Positions 52,113-62,319 of a stretch of 64,000 bases of DNA are shown in pieces. The stretch lies in IMG/VR virus record IMGVR_UViG_3300017764_000001, one strand, 5' to 3'. The first letter of the stretch is position 1. Each line of letters opens with the position of its first letter. Source of the stretch: a virus (Duplodnaviria; Caudoviricetes). Position numbers and translations under genes: made by a program. Below the pieces are notes generated by a model. It saw only the letters and a program-made list of their open reading frames with translations. It did not search any database and was not told where the DNA came from.

Positions 52113-53768
52113 ATGGCCAGACTTTTTGGTTTTTCAGTAAGTGACACCGAGAAAAAATCACCATCAGTAGTTTCCCCCGTTCCTCAGAATAATGAGGACG
52201 GGGTTGACAACTATATTTCTAGTGGTTTTTATGGTCAATATCTTGATATTGAAGGTGTATATAGAACTGAATTTGATTTAATTAAAAGATATCGTGAAAT
52301 GGCACTTCATCCAGAAGCGGATAGTGCCATTGAAGATGTTGTTAATGAAGCAATTGTTAGTGATCTTTATGATTCTCCCATTGAGATTGAACTTTCAAAT
52401 GTTAATGCCAGTGACAAATTAAAAAGTATTATTAGAGAAGAATTTAAAAGAATTAAAGACATCATGGACTTTGACAAAAAGTCTCATGAAATTTTTAGAA
52501 ACTGGTACGTGGATGGAAGAGTTTTTTATTTAAAGGTCATTGACCAAAAGAAACCTGAGGAAGGCATACAAGATTTAAGATATATTGATCCATTGAAAAT
52601 TCGACACATTAGGCAGGAAAAGAAAAAGAATAAAGCAAAATTAGGTCCAGATTTGGGACCAAGAGATAAAGATAAGTTTCAATCACCAGAATTAGAAGAA
52701 TATTTTGTCTATACTCCTAAACCAAGTTATCCAACCGGAACCATGGTTGGTGGTGGAGGAACAAAAGGTATTAAGATTGCTAAAGATTCTATCACATATT
52801 GCACATCTGGTTTAGTTGATAGAAATAAGGGCAATGTTCTTTCATATCTTCATAAGGCAATCAAGTCACTTAATCAACTTAGAATGATTGAGGATTCACT
52901 GGTTATCTATCGATTAAGTAGAGCACCAGAAAGAAGAATTTTTTATATTGATGTTGGTAATCTTCCCAAAGTAAAGGCAGAACAATACCTTAAAGAGGTA
53001 ATGAGTCGTTATAGAAATAAGCAAGTCTATAATGCTCAGACTGGAGAAATTCGTGATGACCGCAAATATATGAGTATGTTGGAAGATTTCTGGCTTCCTA
53101 GAAGAGAGGGTGGTAGAGGAACTGAAATCTCCACTCTTCCTGGTGGTCAAAATCTAGGTGAACTTTCTGATATTGAATATTTTCAGAAAAAACTTTATCG
53201 TTCTTTAGGAGTTCCTGAGTCTAGAATTGCTGCAGATGGTGGATTTAATCTTGGCCGTTCTTCTGAGATTCTTCGTGACGAACTTAAGTTTGCTAAGTTT
53301 GTTGGTAGATTGAGAAAAAGATTTGCCAACATGTTTAGTGACATGTTGAGAACTCAACTTATTCTAAAGAATATTGTCACTCCAGAAGATTGGGAACAAA
53401 TCAGTGAGCATATTCAGTATGATTTCTTGTATGATAATCAGTTTGCAGAATTAAAAGAATCTGAATTAATGAACGAAAGATTGGGATTACTTGCAACTAT
53501 TGAACCTTATATTGGAAAGTATTACTCTAATGATTACGTTCGTAGAAGAATTTTAAGACAAACTGATACAGAAATTTTGGAAATTGATGAACAAATTGAG
53601 CAAGAAATTAAGGATGGAATTATTCCAGATCCAAATGCTGTTGATCCTATTACCGGAGAACCATTACCTGGAGGAGATAATGGAATGATGGGTGATGTTC
53701 CTATGGAACCAGATTTAGAAATTCAGGGTGGAATAACTCAAATTGATGGTAAGAGTGCTGAAATATAA
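52113..53768 (+). CDS. gp20: portal protein gp20
   Basis: WYVDGR, YRLSRAPERRIFYIDVGNLPK, EDFWLPRREGGRGTEI. Confidence 0.98.
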   Translation: MARLFGFSVSDTEKKSPSVVSPVPQNNEDGVDNYISSGFYGQYLDIEGVYRTEFDLIKRYREMALHPEADSAIEDVVNEAIVSDLYDSPIEIELSNVNASDKLKSIIREEFKRIKDIMDFDKKSHEIFRNWYVDGRVFYLKVIDQKKPEEGIQDLRYIDPLKIRHIRQEKKKNKAKLGPDLGPRDKDKFQSPELEEYFVYTPKPSYPTGTMVGGGGTKGIKIAKDSITYCTSGLVDRNKGNVLSYLHKAIKSLNQLRMIEDSLVIYRLSRAPERRIFYIDVGNLPKVKAEQYLKEVMSRYRNKQVYNAQTGEIRDDRKYMSMLEDFWLPRREGGRGTEISTLPGGQNLGELSDIEYFQKKLYRSLGVPESRIAADGGFNLGRSSEILRDELKFAKFVGRLRKRFANMFSDMLRTQLILKNIVTPEDWEQISEHIQYDFLYDNQFAELKESELMNERLGLLATIEPYIGKYYSNDYVRRRILRQTDTEILEIDEQIEQEIKDGIIPDPNAVDPITGEPLPGGDNGMMGDVPMEPDLEIQGGITQIDGKSAEI

Positions 53769-53771
53769 ATA
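53764..53771 (+). promoter_or_regulatory. late promoter
   Basis: TATAAATA at the end of gp20. Confidence 0.8.
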
Positions 53772-53795
53772 ACTTATATTGTAATAATATTTTAA

Positions 53796-53963
53796 ATGGA
53801 AGACGTATTAGATTTAATTGTCACGGATGCTCCCGCATCTGAGATTAGTGATAAAATTAAAGATGTTTTATATGATAGAGCATCTTCAAAAATTGATGGT
53901 ATTCGTGCAGATGTCGGTGCCTCCATGTTTGATCAACCAGAAGAAACACAAGAGGAAGAATAA
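53796..53963 (+). CDS. small acidic prohead core protein (gp67 position), 55 aa
   Basis: Read by hand: MEDVLDLIVTDAPASEISDKIKDVLYDRASSKIDGIRADVGASMF...EEE. Sits between gp20 and gp21. Confidence 0.75.
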   Translation: MEDVLDLIVTDAPASEISDKIKDVLYDRASSKIDGIRADVGASMFDQPEETQEEE

Positions 53964-54232
53964 TGGCAAGAACTTTATGTAAAGGTGCTGAGGCAGCTCT
54001 ACCTACAACAACTGGTGCTGCGGTTAGTTTTTCTGAGGCAACTGTTGTCCGTCTAGTTAATAGTCACAGTAGCGCACATCTTGTTACCGTTGTGGAAACA
54101 AGAAGTGGTGACGTTGTTGGTTCTTTTACAATGCCCGCAGGATCTGTAGAATATCTCGAAAAAAATCCCACTCAGTGTGTGTTTGCTGCAAATGCTGGTG
54201 TATTGGGTGCAAAAGTAGGATTTACCGCATAA
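53963..54232 (+). CDS. conserved hypothetical protein in the prohead cluster
   Basis: 89-aa ORF coupled by TAATG. Confidence 0.75.
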   Translation: MARTLCKGAEAALPTTTGAAVSFSEATVVRLVNSHSSAHLVTVVETRSGDVVGSFTMPAGSVEYLEKNPTQCVFAANAGVLGAKVGFTA

Positions 54233-54236
54233 AAAA

Positions 54237-54887
54237 ATGAAACTTATCACAGAAGAAATTTCAAATGTAAAAATTATTACCGAGGGCAAAGGTTCTGGTA
54301 AAAAATTATATATTGAAGGAGTATTTCTCCAAGGAAACATCAAAAATCGTAATGGTAGAATGTATCCTATGGAAACTCTTGCCCGTGAGGTAAAGAGATA
54401 TAATGAAACTTTTGTGAATAAAGGTCGTGCTCTTGGAGAACTTGGTCATCCTGACGGACCAACTGTAAATCTTGATAGAGTTTCTCATAAAATTACTTCT
54501 CTTTCAGAAGACGGAAATAATTTTAAAGGAAAAGCACAAATTCTTAATACCCCAATGGGTAAGATTGCATCCTCTCTTCTTGATGAAGGTGTAATGCTTG
54601 GTGTTTCTTCTCGTGGTGTTGGTTCACTTAAAACAACTAGTGAAGGTCATAAAGTTGTAGGTGAAGATTTTATGTTAGCAACTGCTGCTGACATTGTTGC
54701 CGACCCTTCTGCACCTGATGCTTTTGTTTCGGGAATTATGGAAGGAAAAGAGTGGGTATGGGAAGGAGGAATTCTTCGTGAGCAACTCGCAGAAAAGACC
54801 CAGAAGAGAATTAATACTCTTGTTGACCAAAAAAGACTTGAAGAGCATAAGTTGAACTTATTCAATGAATTTTTATCAAATCTTTAA
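54237..54887 (+). CDS. gp21: prohead protease gp21
   Basis: MKLITE, NRNGRMYP, ALGELGHP, GVSSRGVGSL, DIVADPSAPDAFV. Confidence 0.97.
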   Translation: MKLITEEISNVKIITEGKGSGKKLYIEGVFLQGNIKNRNGRMYPMETLAREVKRYNETFVNKGRALGELGHPDGPTVNLDRVSHKITSLSEDGNNFKGKAQILNTPMGKIASSLLDEGVMLGVSSRGVGSLKTTSEGHKVVGEDFMLATAADIVADPSAPDAFVSGIMEGKEWVWEGGILREQLAEKTQKRINTLVDQKRLEEHKLNLFNEFLSNL

Positions 54888-54889
54888 AT

Positions 54890-54897
54890 TATAAATA
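54890..54897 (+). promoter_or_regulatory. late promoter
   Basis: TATAAATA upstream of gp22. Confidence 0.8.
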
Positions 54898-54928
54898 AAT
54901 ATAGATTAATACAATCATATCTAGTCAA

Positions 54929-56035
54929 ATGTCCGTTGGTAACGATTTACAAGAAATGGAAAACGTAGTAACTAAAGGTGCTGCCAAAGCTGATCCGATG
55001 CCAAAGATGGCCGATCCTGGAACTCAATTGGGTTCTGTGGAAGATCTTGGTGGTCCTACCCCAGAAAATTACAAGACCGATGACGATTCTGCGAAACTCA
55101 AGGAACCTAAAATTGCAACTGTCAAAGACATTGTAAATAAAGGTGCCGGTAAAGCAGATCCTATGCCTTCAGGAATGAAGGAAGAGGAAGAAGTCGAAGG
55201 TGAAGTAGTTGCTGAAGAGGAAGAAGAAACTTCTAATGAAGTAGTTGCTGAACAAGAAACTACAGAAGAGGAAGTTGTAGAAGAAGAGACCGTCGAAGAC
55301 GATGCTCCTTCTATCGAAGAGGATATCGAAGCACTTATTGCTGGTGAAGAACTCTCCGAAGAATTCCAAGAAAAGGCACGTACAATTTTTGAAGCAGCCA
55401 TTAAGACTAAGGTTGCTGAAATGAAAGAAGAGGTACAGAAGCAATACGAAGTATCTCTGACTGAAGAAGTTGCCAACCTCAAGTCCGAGTTAACCGAAAG
55501 AGTTGATTCTTATCTTGAGTATGTTGCCCAAGAGTGGTTGACCGAAAATCAACTTGCTGTTGAGCACGGACTTAAAACTGAAATGACCGAATCATTCCTT
55601 ACCGGAATGAAGAGTCTTTTTGAAGAACATTATGTAACTATCCCTGAAGAGAAATATGATGTACTTAACAGTATGGTAGAAAAACTTGATGAGATGGAAG
55701 ATAAACTCAACGAGCAAATTAATAAAAATATTGCTTTAAACAAAAGATTGGCTGAGTCGGTTGCAGATGTAATTCTTGCAGATGTGTCCGAGGGTCTTGC
55801 TGTATCCCAAAAGGATAAGCTCGCTTCTCTTGCCGAAAATGTTGAGTTTGATGGTGAGCAATCCTATCGTGAAAAACTGGTAACTCTTAGAGAAGCATAT
55901 TTCTCCTCTAATACTGGTGTTCAAGAGAACAAGTCGGAAACAATTTCTGAAGAAACCGAAGTTACTTCTCAACAAGAAGTATCTACTATGATGGAATCAT
56001 ATCTTCAGACATTGAACAGAGTTTCCAAGAAGTGA
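54929..56035 (+). CDS. gp22: prohead core scaffold protein gp22
   Basis: Glu-rich coiled coil with LSEEFQEKARTIFEAA and VDSYLEYVAQEW. Lies between gp21 and gp23. Confidence 0.94.
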   Translation: MSVGNDLQEMENVVTKGAAKADPMPKMADPGTQLGSVEDLGGPTPENYKTDDDSAKLKEPKIATVKDIVNKGAGKADPMPSGMKEEEEVEGEVVAEEEEETSNEVVAEQETTEEEVVEEETVEDDAPSIEEDIEALIAGEELSEEFQEKARTIFEAAIKTKVAEMKEEVQKQYEVSLTEEVANLKSELTERVDSYLEYVAQEWLTENQLAVEHGLKTEMTESFLTGMKSLFEEHYVTIPEEKYDVLNSMVEKLDEMEDKLNEQINKNIALNKRLAESVADVILADVSEGLAVSQKDKLASLAENVEFDGEQSYREKLVTLREAYFSSNTGVQENKSETISEETEVTSQQEVSTMMESYLQTLNRVSKK

Positions 56036-56085
56036 ACCTTCATTATAACATAGTCAAACTAACTTTTTTAAATAGGTAAAAACAA

Positions 56086-57456
56086 ATGCTGCAAATGCCT
56101 TCCCAAGAGGCTCTGCAGGAGAAGTGGGCACCTATCCTCCAACACGAGGGTATGGATGCAATCAAGGATAACCATCGTGCTATGGTTACCGCTCAGCTCC
56201 TGGAGAACCAAGAACAGATGCTCAAGGAAGAAAGAGAATTTCTTTCTGAAGCCCCAACCAATGCTACTGGTGCCAACATCAGTAACTTCGATCCCGTTCT
56301 GATCTCCCTGATCAGACGTTCTATGCCTAACCTGGTCGCATATGACCTGGCTGGTGTTCAACCAATGAACGGTCCTACCGGACTGATCTTTGCAATGCGT
56401 TCTCGTTTCACCTCTCAGAGTGGAACCGAAGCATTCTTCAATGAGCCAGATACCGGATTCTCTGCACAGAGAGAAGGTAATGATGCTACTCAAGGACCTT
56501 ACACCACTGGATCTGACGATGATACCGTTGGTTTCGGTACTATTGGTCAGACTGGTACTAATCCTTCTGCTCTGAACCCAGAGTCTGATGCTAACCAGGG
56601 TGCATATACAGTTGGTCAGGGTATGACCACTGCTAATTCTGAAGGTCTCGGTGAATCTGGTAATGCTTTCAACGAGATGGCATTCTCGATTGAGAAAGTC
56701 ACCGTTACTGCCATGAGCAGAGCACTGAAAGCAGAGTATTCACTGGAACTGGCACAAGACCTCAAGGCTATTCATGGACTGAATGCTGAGGCTGAACTCG
56801 CAAATATTCTCTCTACTGAGATTCTTGCTGAGATCAACCGTGAAGTCATCAGAACCATCTATAAGTCTGCTGAAGTCGGTGCTACTCTGAATACCGCAAC
56901 TTCTGGTACTTTCGACCTCGACGTTGACTCTAACGGACGTTGGAGTGTTGAGAAGTTTAAGGGTCTTATTTTCCAAATGGAAAGAGATGCTAACCAGATT
57001 GCACAGAGAACTCGTAGAGGAAAAGGCAACATGATCCTCTGCTCTGCAGACGTTGCTTCCGCACTCACCATGGCTGGTGTACTTGATTACACCCCTGCTC
57101 TGAATGCTAACCTCAACGTAGATGACACTGGTAACACCTTTGCTGGTGTACTCGGTGGTAAGTTCCGTGTCTACATCGATCCTTATGCTGCTAATAATGC
57201 TGCTAACCAGTATTACGTAGCAGGTTATAAGGGTTCCTCTCCTTATGACGCAGGACTCTTCTATTGTCCTTATGTTCCTCTCCAAATGGTTCGTGCCGTT
57301 GGTGAGAACACCTTCCAACCAAAAATCGGGTTCAAGACTCGTTATGGTATGGTTGCTAACCCATTTGCTGAAGGCACCAATACAACCAACACTGGTCGTA
57401 TTACTGCTAGCAGCAACCGTTACTATCGTCGTGTTAAGGTTGCTAACCTTATGTGA
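56086..57456 (+). CDS. gp23: major capsid protein gp23
   Basis: EKWAPIL, FDPVLISLIRRSMPNL, GVQPMNGPTGLIFAMR, FQPKIGFKTRYG. Probable maturation site LSE|A. Confidence 0.99.
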   Translation: MLQMPSQEALQEKWAPILQHEGMDAIKDNHRAMVTAQLLENQEQMLKEEREFLSEAPTNATGANISNFDPVLISLIRRSMPNLVAYDLAGVQPMNGPTGLIFAMRSRFTSQSGTEAFFNEPDTGFSAQREGNDATQGPYTTGSDDDTVGFGTIGQTGTNPSALNPESDANQGAYTVGQGMTTANSEGLGESGNAFNEMAFSIEKVTVTAMSRALKAEYSLELAQDLKAIHGLNAEAELANILSTEILAEINREVIRTIYKSAEVGATLNTATSGTFDLDVDSNGRWSVEKFKGLIFQMERDANQIAQRTRRGKGNMILCSADVASALTMAGVLDYTPALNANLNVDDTGNTFAGVLGGKFRVYIDPYAANNAANQYYVAGYKGSSPYDAGLFYCPYVPLQMVRAVGENTFQPKIGFKTRYGMVANPFAEGTNTTNTGRITASSNRYYRRVKVANLM

Positions 57457-57486
57457 TCTAAATACCTTCAGTGTGAAGGAAGTGCG

Positions 57487-57512
57487 AGAGGGTCTTCGGA
57501 CCCTCTTTTTTT
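57487..57512 (+). terminator. intrinsic terminator after gp23
   Basis: AGAGGGTC-TTCG-GACCCTCT plus a T-run (cUUCGg tetraloop). Confidence 0.93.
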
Positions 57513-57533
57513 ATCTAAATACAAATAAAAACA

Positions 57534-58082
57534 ATGGCAAGTGGATTTCCAAAACAGTTAGCAAATAGAAATTTTCTTGCTCCTGTTGGATTTAAATTTA
57601 CTTTGGCAAAAGAACCCAAAGTTGACTTTTTTTCAAACTCATGTAGAATACCTGAGATTAGTCTCGGAACTGCTATTCAACCAACATATCTGAAAGATAT
57701 TGATGTTCCTGGAGATAAGTTGTCTTATGGTGATTTTTCTTTTAGATTTCTTGTTGATGAAAATCTGGAAAATTACATGAAGATTCATAATTGGTTAACT
57801 GGATTAGGGTATCCGGAAACAACACAACAATATAAAGATTTGACAACTAATGTTGATGGTGTTAGAGATCCTAAAGAAGCATTTAGTGATGGAAATCTCC
57901 ACATCTTGAATAGTAATTATAGAGATATTGCTATTGTAAAATTTAATGATTTGTTCCCAGTATTTCTCACACCTTTAGAGTTTACCGCAACAGAAACTGA
58001 CATAAACTACTTTACAGCAGAGGTCACTTTCAAGTATACTGTGTACAATGTAGTATCTGCTGATGGTAGAACACCCTTATGA
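57534..58082 (+). CDS. gp3: tail tube terminator/completion protein gp3
   Basis: NRNFLAPVGFKF, FRFLVDENLENY, F.YTVY end. Position after gp23. Confidence 0.9.
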   Translation: MASGFPKQLANRNFLAPVGFKFTLAKEPKVDFFSNSCRIPEISLGTAIQPTYLKDIDVPGDKLSYGDFSFRFLVDENLENYMKIHNWLTGLGYPETTQQYKDLTTNVDGVRDPKEAFSDGNLHILNSNYRDIAIVKFNDLFPVFLTPLEFTATETDINYFTAEVTFKYTVYNVVSADGRTPL

Positions 58083-58510
58083 ATCTTGAACAAATACAGG
58101 AGATGTGGCAAAGAGATTCTGTCATTGATCCTGATAATCTACATGATGAATCATTAAAAGTTCCTCAACTTCACTCAAAATATTACACAATTTATAATAC
58201 TATAACTCTCCTTCGTGAAAAATCTAGAGATAGTTATAAACGTGTAAAGTTGGAAAGGTATAACTATTATACAGGCAAAGCACCTGCAGAGGTATATGTA
58301 GAAGACCCTTTCCCATATAAAGTAAGAGAAAAAGATGCAATACAAAGATATCTTGACGCTGACGATAAATTAACTACAATTGATTTAAAGATTAGGTATT
58401 ACGATGTAATGCTTAAGTTCTTAGAAGAAGTAATTAAAACTATTTCAAGTAGAACTTACCAAATTAAAAATGCAATCGATTGGCATAAATTTCAGGCAGG
58501 ATTCAACTAA
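58079..58510 (+). CDS. uvsY: recombination mediator UvsY
   Basis: DNLHDESLKVPQLHSKY, RTYQIKNAIDWHKF. Confidence 0.93.
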   Translation: MNLEQIQEMWQRDSVIDPDNLHDESLKVPQLHSKYYTIYNTITLLREKSRDSYKRVKLERYNYYTGKAPAEVYVEDPFPYKVREKDAIQRYLDADDKLTTIDLKIRYYDVMLKFLEEVIKTISSRTYQIKNAIDWHKFQAGFN

Positions 58511-58511
58511 T

Positions 58512-58745
58512 ATGGACTCATTTCCACATCCAGAAGATCATGATCCAAATGAAGATGTTTATAATCAATGGCACGTTGAAGTAACAATGGGTATTGATGA
58601 ACTTAGAGCCATGTATGGAGTATTTAATTATGCTTATGAAACTTGGCCGGGTGCTCCTAAAAGACCATATGAAGAGCAAGAGTATTTGAGATATATGAAA
58701 AATAAATTATTTGCAATGATTCTTGAATATAATTTAGATCGTTAA
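58512..58745 (+). CDS. hypothetical protein (77 aa)
   Basis: Start MDSFPHPED right after the uvsY stop. Confidence 0.65.
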   Translation: MDSFPHPEDHDPNEDVYNQWHVEVTMGIDELRAMYGVFNYAYETWPGAPKRPYEEQEYLRYMKNKLFAMILEYNLDR

Positions 58746-58781
58746 TGGGGCAATAAATAGATATAGGATTAACCTATATGC

Positions 58782-60245
58782 ATGTCTCATTTGATTATTT
58801 CTAAAAAGAACGAGGTATATTTACAGGTAAAGGCAGAACCACACGTCTACTACGAGTTAGCAGATCAGTTTACCTTCGATGTTCCTGGTGCCAAATTCAT
58901 GCCACAGTATCGTAGTAAATACTGGGATGGCAAAATTCGTTTATTTAATACGCAGACTGGTGAGATCTATGTTGGTTTGTTAGATAAAATTATAAGTTTT
59001 TGTGAGTCTCATGAGTACAGTTATGAATTTGTAGATAATAAATTTTATGGTACACCTTTTGAAGTCAACGAAATGATTTCAAAAGAGGGTGTGAGAGATT
59101 ATATGACTGCTGCAAGTAAATATTCCCCTAGAGAATATCAAATTGATGGAGTATACGACGCCTTAAGACATAATAGAAGACTGCTGATATCTCCAACTGC
59201 CTCTGGAAAGTCTCTGATGATATACTCGATTGTGAGATATCACGTTGAACGCGGACAAAATACTCTGATAGTTGTTCCGACGACTTCGCTAGTAGAGCAG
59301 ATGTATAAAGACTTTGCAGACTATGGTTGGGATGTAGGTTCATTTTGCCACAAAATCTATGCTGGAAGAGAAAGAGAAACAGATTCTCAGGTTATTATCA
59401 CTACCTGGCAATCTATTTACAAACTTCCCCGAAAATACTTTGCAAGATTTAATGTTGTTGTCGGAGATGAGGCACATCAATTTAAAAGTAAGTCACTAAT
59501 ATCTATAATGACAAAACTTGCTGATGCTAAGTATCGTTATGGATTCACTGGAACACTTGACGGAACACAAACTCATAAATGGGTTTTGGAAGGTTTATTT
59601 GGTCCTTCATATAAAATCATCAGAACTGAAGAACTGATGAAAAAAGGTCATGTTGCTAAACTTGATATTAATGTTCTTTTATTGAAGCATCCTTCACATA
59701 AGTTTGAAAATTTTGAAGAAGAGGTTCAGTATATTATTGGACATGAAAAAAGAAATAAATTTATTAGAAATCTTGCACTCGATCTTAAAGGGAATACATT
59801 AATCCTCTTTGCTAGAGTAGAAGGACATGGACAACCATTATATGAAATGATAAATAATGGAAAGGTTGATAATCGTCATGTCTTTTTTGTTCATGGTGGA
59901 GTGGAAACCGAGGAACGTGAACGAGTCAGAGAAATTACTGAAAAAGAAAATGATGCTATTATCATTGCCTCGTATGGGACATTCTCTACCGGAATCAATA
60001 TTAAAAACCTCCATAATATAATATTTGCCTCTCCTTCTAAATCAAGAATCAGAAACCTTCAATCTATTGGTAGAGTTTTGCGGAAGGGGAATAATAAAAC
60101 CAAGGCAACTTTATATGACATTGCTGACGATATCAGTTATAAGTCAAGAAAAAATTATACACTTAATCACTTAATAGAAAGGATAAAAATTTATAACGAA
60201 GAAAACTTTAACTATGATATTGTAAACATACCACTAAGAGGATAA
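58782..60245 (+). CDS. uvsW: DNA helicase UvsW
   Basis: YWDGKIRLF, SPTASGKS, GDEAHQF, GFTGTL, LQSIGRVLRK. Confidence 0.97.
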   Translation: MSHLIISKKNEVYLQVKAEPHVYYELADQFTFDVPGAKFMPQYRSKYWDGKIRLFNTQTGEIYVGLLDKIISFCESHEYSYEFVDNKFYGTPFEVNEMISKEGVRDYMTAASKYSPREYQIDGVYDALRHNRRLLISPTASGKSLMIYSIVRYHVERGQNTLIVVPTTSLVEQMYKDFADYGWDVGSFCHKIYAGRERETDSQVIITTWQSIYKLPRKYFARFNVVVGDEAHQFKSKSLISIMTKLADAKYRYGFTGTLDGTQTHKWVLEGLFGPSYKIIRTEELMKKGHVAKLDINVLLLKHPSHKFENFEEEVQYIIGHEKRNKFIRNLALDLKGNTLILFARVEGHGQPLYEMINNGKVDNRHVFFVHGGVETEERERVREITEKENDAIIIASYGTFSTGINIKNLHNIIFASPSKSRIRNLQSIGRVLRKGNNKTKATLYDIADDISYKSRKNYTLNHLIERIKIYNEENFNYDIVNIPLRG

Positions 60246-60658
60246 TGGGAGAAGAATTTTACGCAATTATTAAATTAGTATCAGGTGAAGAAGTATTTTC
60301 TCTCATTATGGTCGATGATGAACAAGAAAATCCAATTATTATTATGCAAAATCCTGTGATCATTAAAATGCTTCACTCACCTCAGGGAAGTTTTATTAAG
60401 GTTAAACCATGGATGGAACTCAGTGAAGAAGATTTTTTTATGATTCGTTTAGATAAAGTTTTAACCATGACAGAATCGACTAATGAAAAACTTATTGAGG
60501 TATACAATAATTATATTTCTGATGATGAACAAGAAATAGAGATGAATAACAATGGAAAAGTTAAACCCGATTCTAAAATGGGATATGTATCAACAGTAGA
60601 AGATGCTCGAAAGCATCTAGAGACACTGTATAAACTTAAAGATACTAAAGAAAGCTAA
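60245..60658 (+). CDS. conserved hypothetical protein (Sm-like beta fold) between uvsW and gp55
   Basis: YAIIKLVSGEEV...KPWM. Position is conserved in T4-like phages. Confidence 0.8.
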   Translation: MGEEFYAIIKLVSGEEVFSLIMVDDEQENPIIIMQNPVIIKMLHSPQGSFIKVKPWMELSEEDFFMIRLDKVLTMTESTNEKLIEVYNNYISDDEQEIEMNNNGKVKPDSKMGYVSTVEDARKHLETLYKLKDTKES

Positions 60659-60684
60659 TATTACCCATCAAACCTAACAAAGGT

Positions 60685-60726
60685 ATTCTACTCATGGTTT
60701 GCTAGTTTGTCAAGTCATGCTATAAT
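60685..60726. promoter_or_regulatory. overlapping bidirectional sigma70-type promoters upstream of gp55
   Basis: + strand: TTGCTA(60699)-16-TATAAT(60721) with a TG extension. - strand: TTGACA(60713-60708)-17-TAGAAT(60690-60685). Confidence 0.7.
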
Positions 60727-60756
60727 GTAGTTACTTAGACTTATATTAAAAATGTC

Positions 60757-61287
60757 ATGCCTAAAAAGAAACCGGAACATTATGTAAACAATAAAGAACT
60801 ACTAGAAGCAATGGTTGTTTATCGTCTTAAAGTTGAAAAATCATACAAAGTTGCATTTGGAAAAGATTTAACAGAACAACCTAAAAAAGAAAGAGCAAGA
60901 AGATGGGAAGGTAAACCACCAATTCCAAATTATCTTGGAGAGTCTTTTTTAAAAATTGCCACTCATCTTTCTTACAAACCAAACTTTGTTAATTACATGT
61001 TCCGTGAGGACATGATATCTGATGGTATTGAAAACTGTGTTCAATACATTCATAATTTTGATCCAGATAAATCAAAAAATCCTTTTGCATATTTTACTCA
61101 AGTTATTCATTATGCATTTTTGAGAAGAATTCAAAAAGAAAAGAAACAACTGGATATTAAAACAAAGATTATTGAAAAAACCGGATATGATGAGGTCATG
61201 ATGGTTGACGATAGCTTGCTTTCTGGGGATAGTTCAGAGTATAATAGCATCAAGGACGCCATTCAATACCGAAATAATAATCGATGA
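60757..61287 (+). CDS. gp55: late-transcription sigma factor gp55
   Basis: HYVNNKEL, IATHLSYKPNFVNY, DMISDGIENC, NPFAYFTQ. Confidence 0.97.
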   Translation: MPKKKPEHYVNNKELLEAMVVYRLKVEKSYKVAFGKDLTEQPKKERARRWEGKPPIPNYLGESFLKIATHLSYKPNFVNYMFREDMISDGIENCVQYIHNFDPDKSKNPFAYFTQVIHYAFLRRIQKEKKQLDIKTKIIEKTGYDEVMMVDDSLLSGDSSEYNSIKDAIQYRNNNR

Positions 61288-62318
61288 AAGTTGCCATCAT
61301 TACTGACACTCATTATGGAGCACGTAAGGGTTCTAAGTATCTTCACGACTATTTTGAACTCTTCTATAAGAATGTGTTTTTTCCTGCACTGGAGGAGCAT
61401 GGGATTGACACTGTGATTCATATGGGTGATGCTTTTGATAGTCGTAAGTCGATTGACTATCAAAGTTTTGAATGGGCAAAGAGAGTCGTGTTTGAACCAT
61501 TGAAAAAATATAAGGTTCATATGATTATTGGTAATCATGATTGTTATTATAAAAATACTAATAACACGAATTCTCCACAATTATTACTTCAATCGTATCC
61601 TAATATTACAACCTATCAAGAAGTAACTGAAGCACAGATAGGTAATTTAAATATTTTGTTTATTCCTTGGATCAATGCAGAAAATTTTGAAAACAGTATC
61701 GTATCTGTTAAAAATACAAATAGCAAGTGCGCGATGGGGCACCTTGAGCTCAACGGATTTAGAGCGCATAGAGGTCACACCATGGAAGAAGGTATGGACA
61801 GCGCACTATTTGAGAAGTTCGAGCGGACATTTTCGGGTCATTACCATACACGATCAGACAATGGAAAAATCTTCTACTTAGGAAATCCATATGAGATGTT
61901 CTGGAATGATGTAAATGATACGAGAGGATTTACAATTTTCGATACGGAAACTTTAGAACATTTTCATATAAACAATCCATATCGTCTTTTTTATAATATC
62001 TATTATGAAGATACTCCATATCAGACATTTGATTTTTCAGAATATGAAAACAAAATTGTAAAAGTCATTGTTCGGAAAAAAACAAAACTAAAATCATTTG
62101 AAAAATTTATTGATAAACTTTATTCTATTGGAGTTCAAGATCTTAAAATTGTAGAAAATTTTGATATTAATGAAAGTGAAAATTTTGAAATTACTGAAGA
62201 AGAAAGTACAATATCTATTTTAAATAGATACATTGATGAATCTGAATTTGAAATTGATAAAAATATAATTAAAGGCATATTTCAAAACCTATATAAACAG
62301 GCTTGCGAAGTAGAATGA
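61284..62318 (+). CDS. gp47: recombination endonuclease gp47 (Mre11/SbcD-like)
   Basis: ITDTHYG, HMGDAFD, GNHD, GHLE and SGHYH phosphoesterase motifs. Confidence 0.96.
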   Translation: MKVAIITDTHYGARKGSKYLHDYFELFYKNVFFPALEEHGIDTVIHMGDAFDSRKSIDYQSFEWAKRVVFEPLKKYKVHMIIGNHDCYYKNTNNTNSPQLLLQSYPNITTYQEVTEAQIGNLNILFIPWINAENFENSIVSVKNTNSKCAMGHLELNGFRAHRGHTMEEGMDSALFEKFERTFSGHYHTRSDNGKIFYLGNPYEMFWNDVNDTRGFTIFDTETLEHFHINNPYRLFYNIYYEDTPYQTFDFSEYENKIVKVIVRKKTKLKSFEKFIDKLYSIGVQDLKIVENFDINESENFEITEEESTISILNRYIDESEFEIDKNIIKGIFQNLYKQACEVE

Positions 62319-62319
62319 T

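Noticed and set aside
55069-57318. Several 90-190 aa minus-strand ORFs over gp22/gp23 (and similar ones over gp7, gp18 and others)
   Set aside because: Antisense shadows of highly biased core genes, with no independent support.
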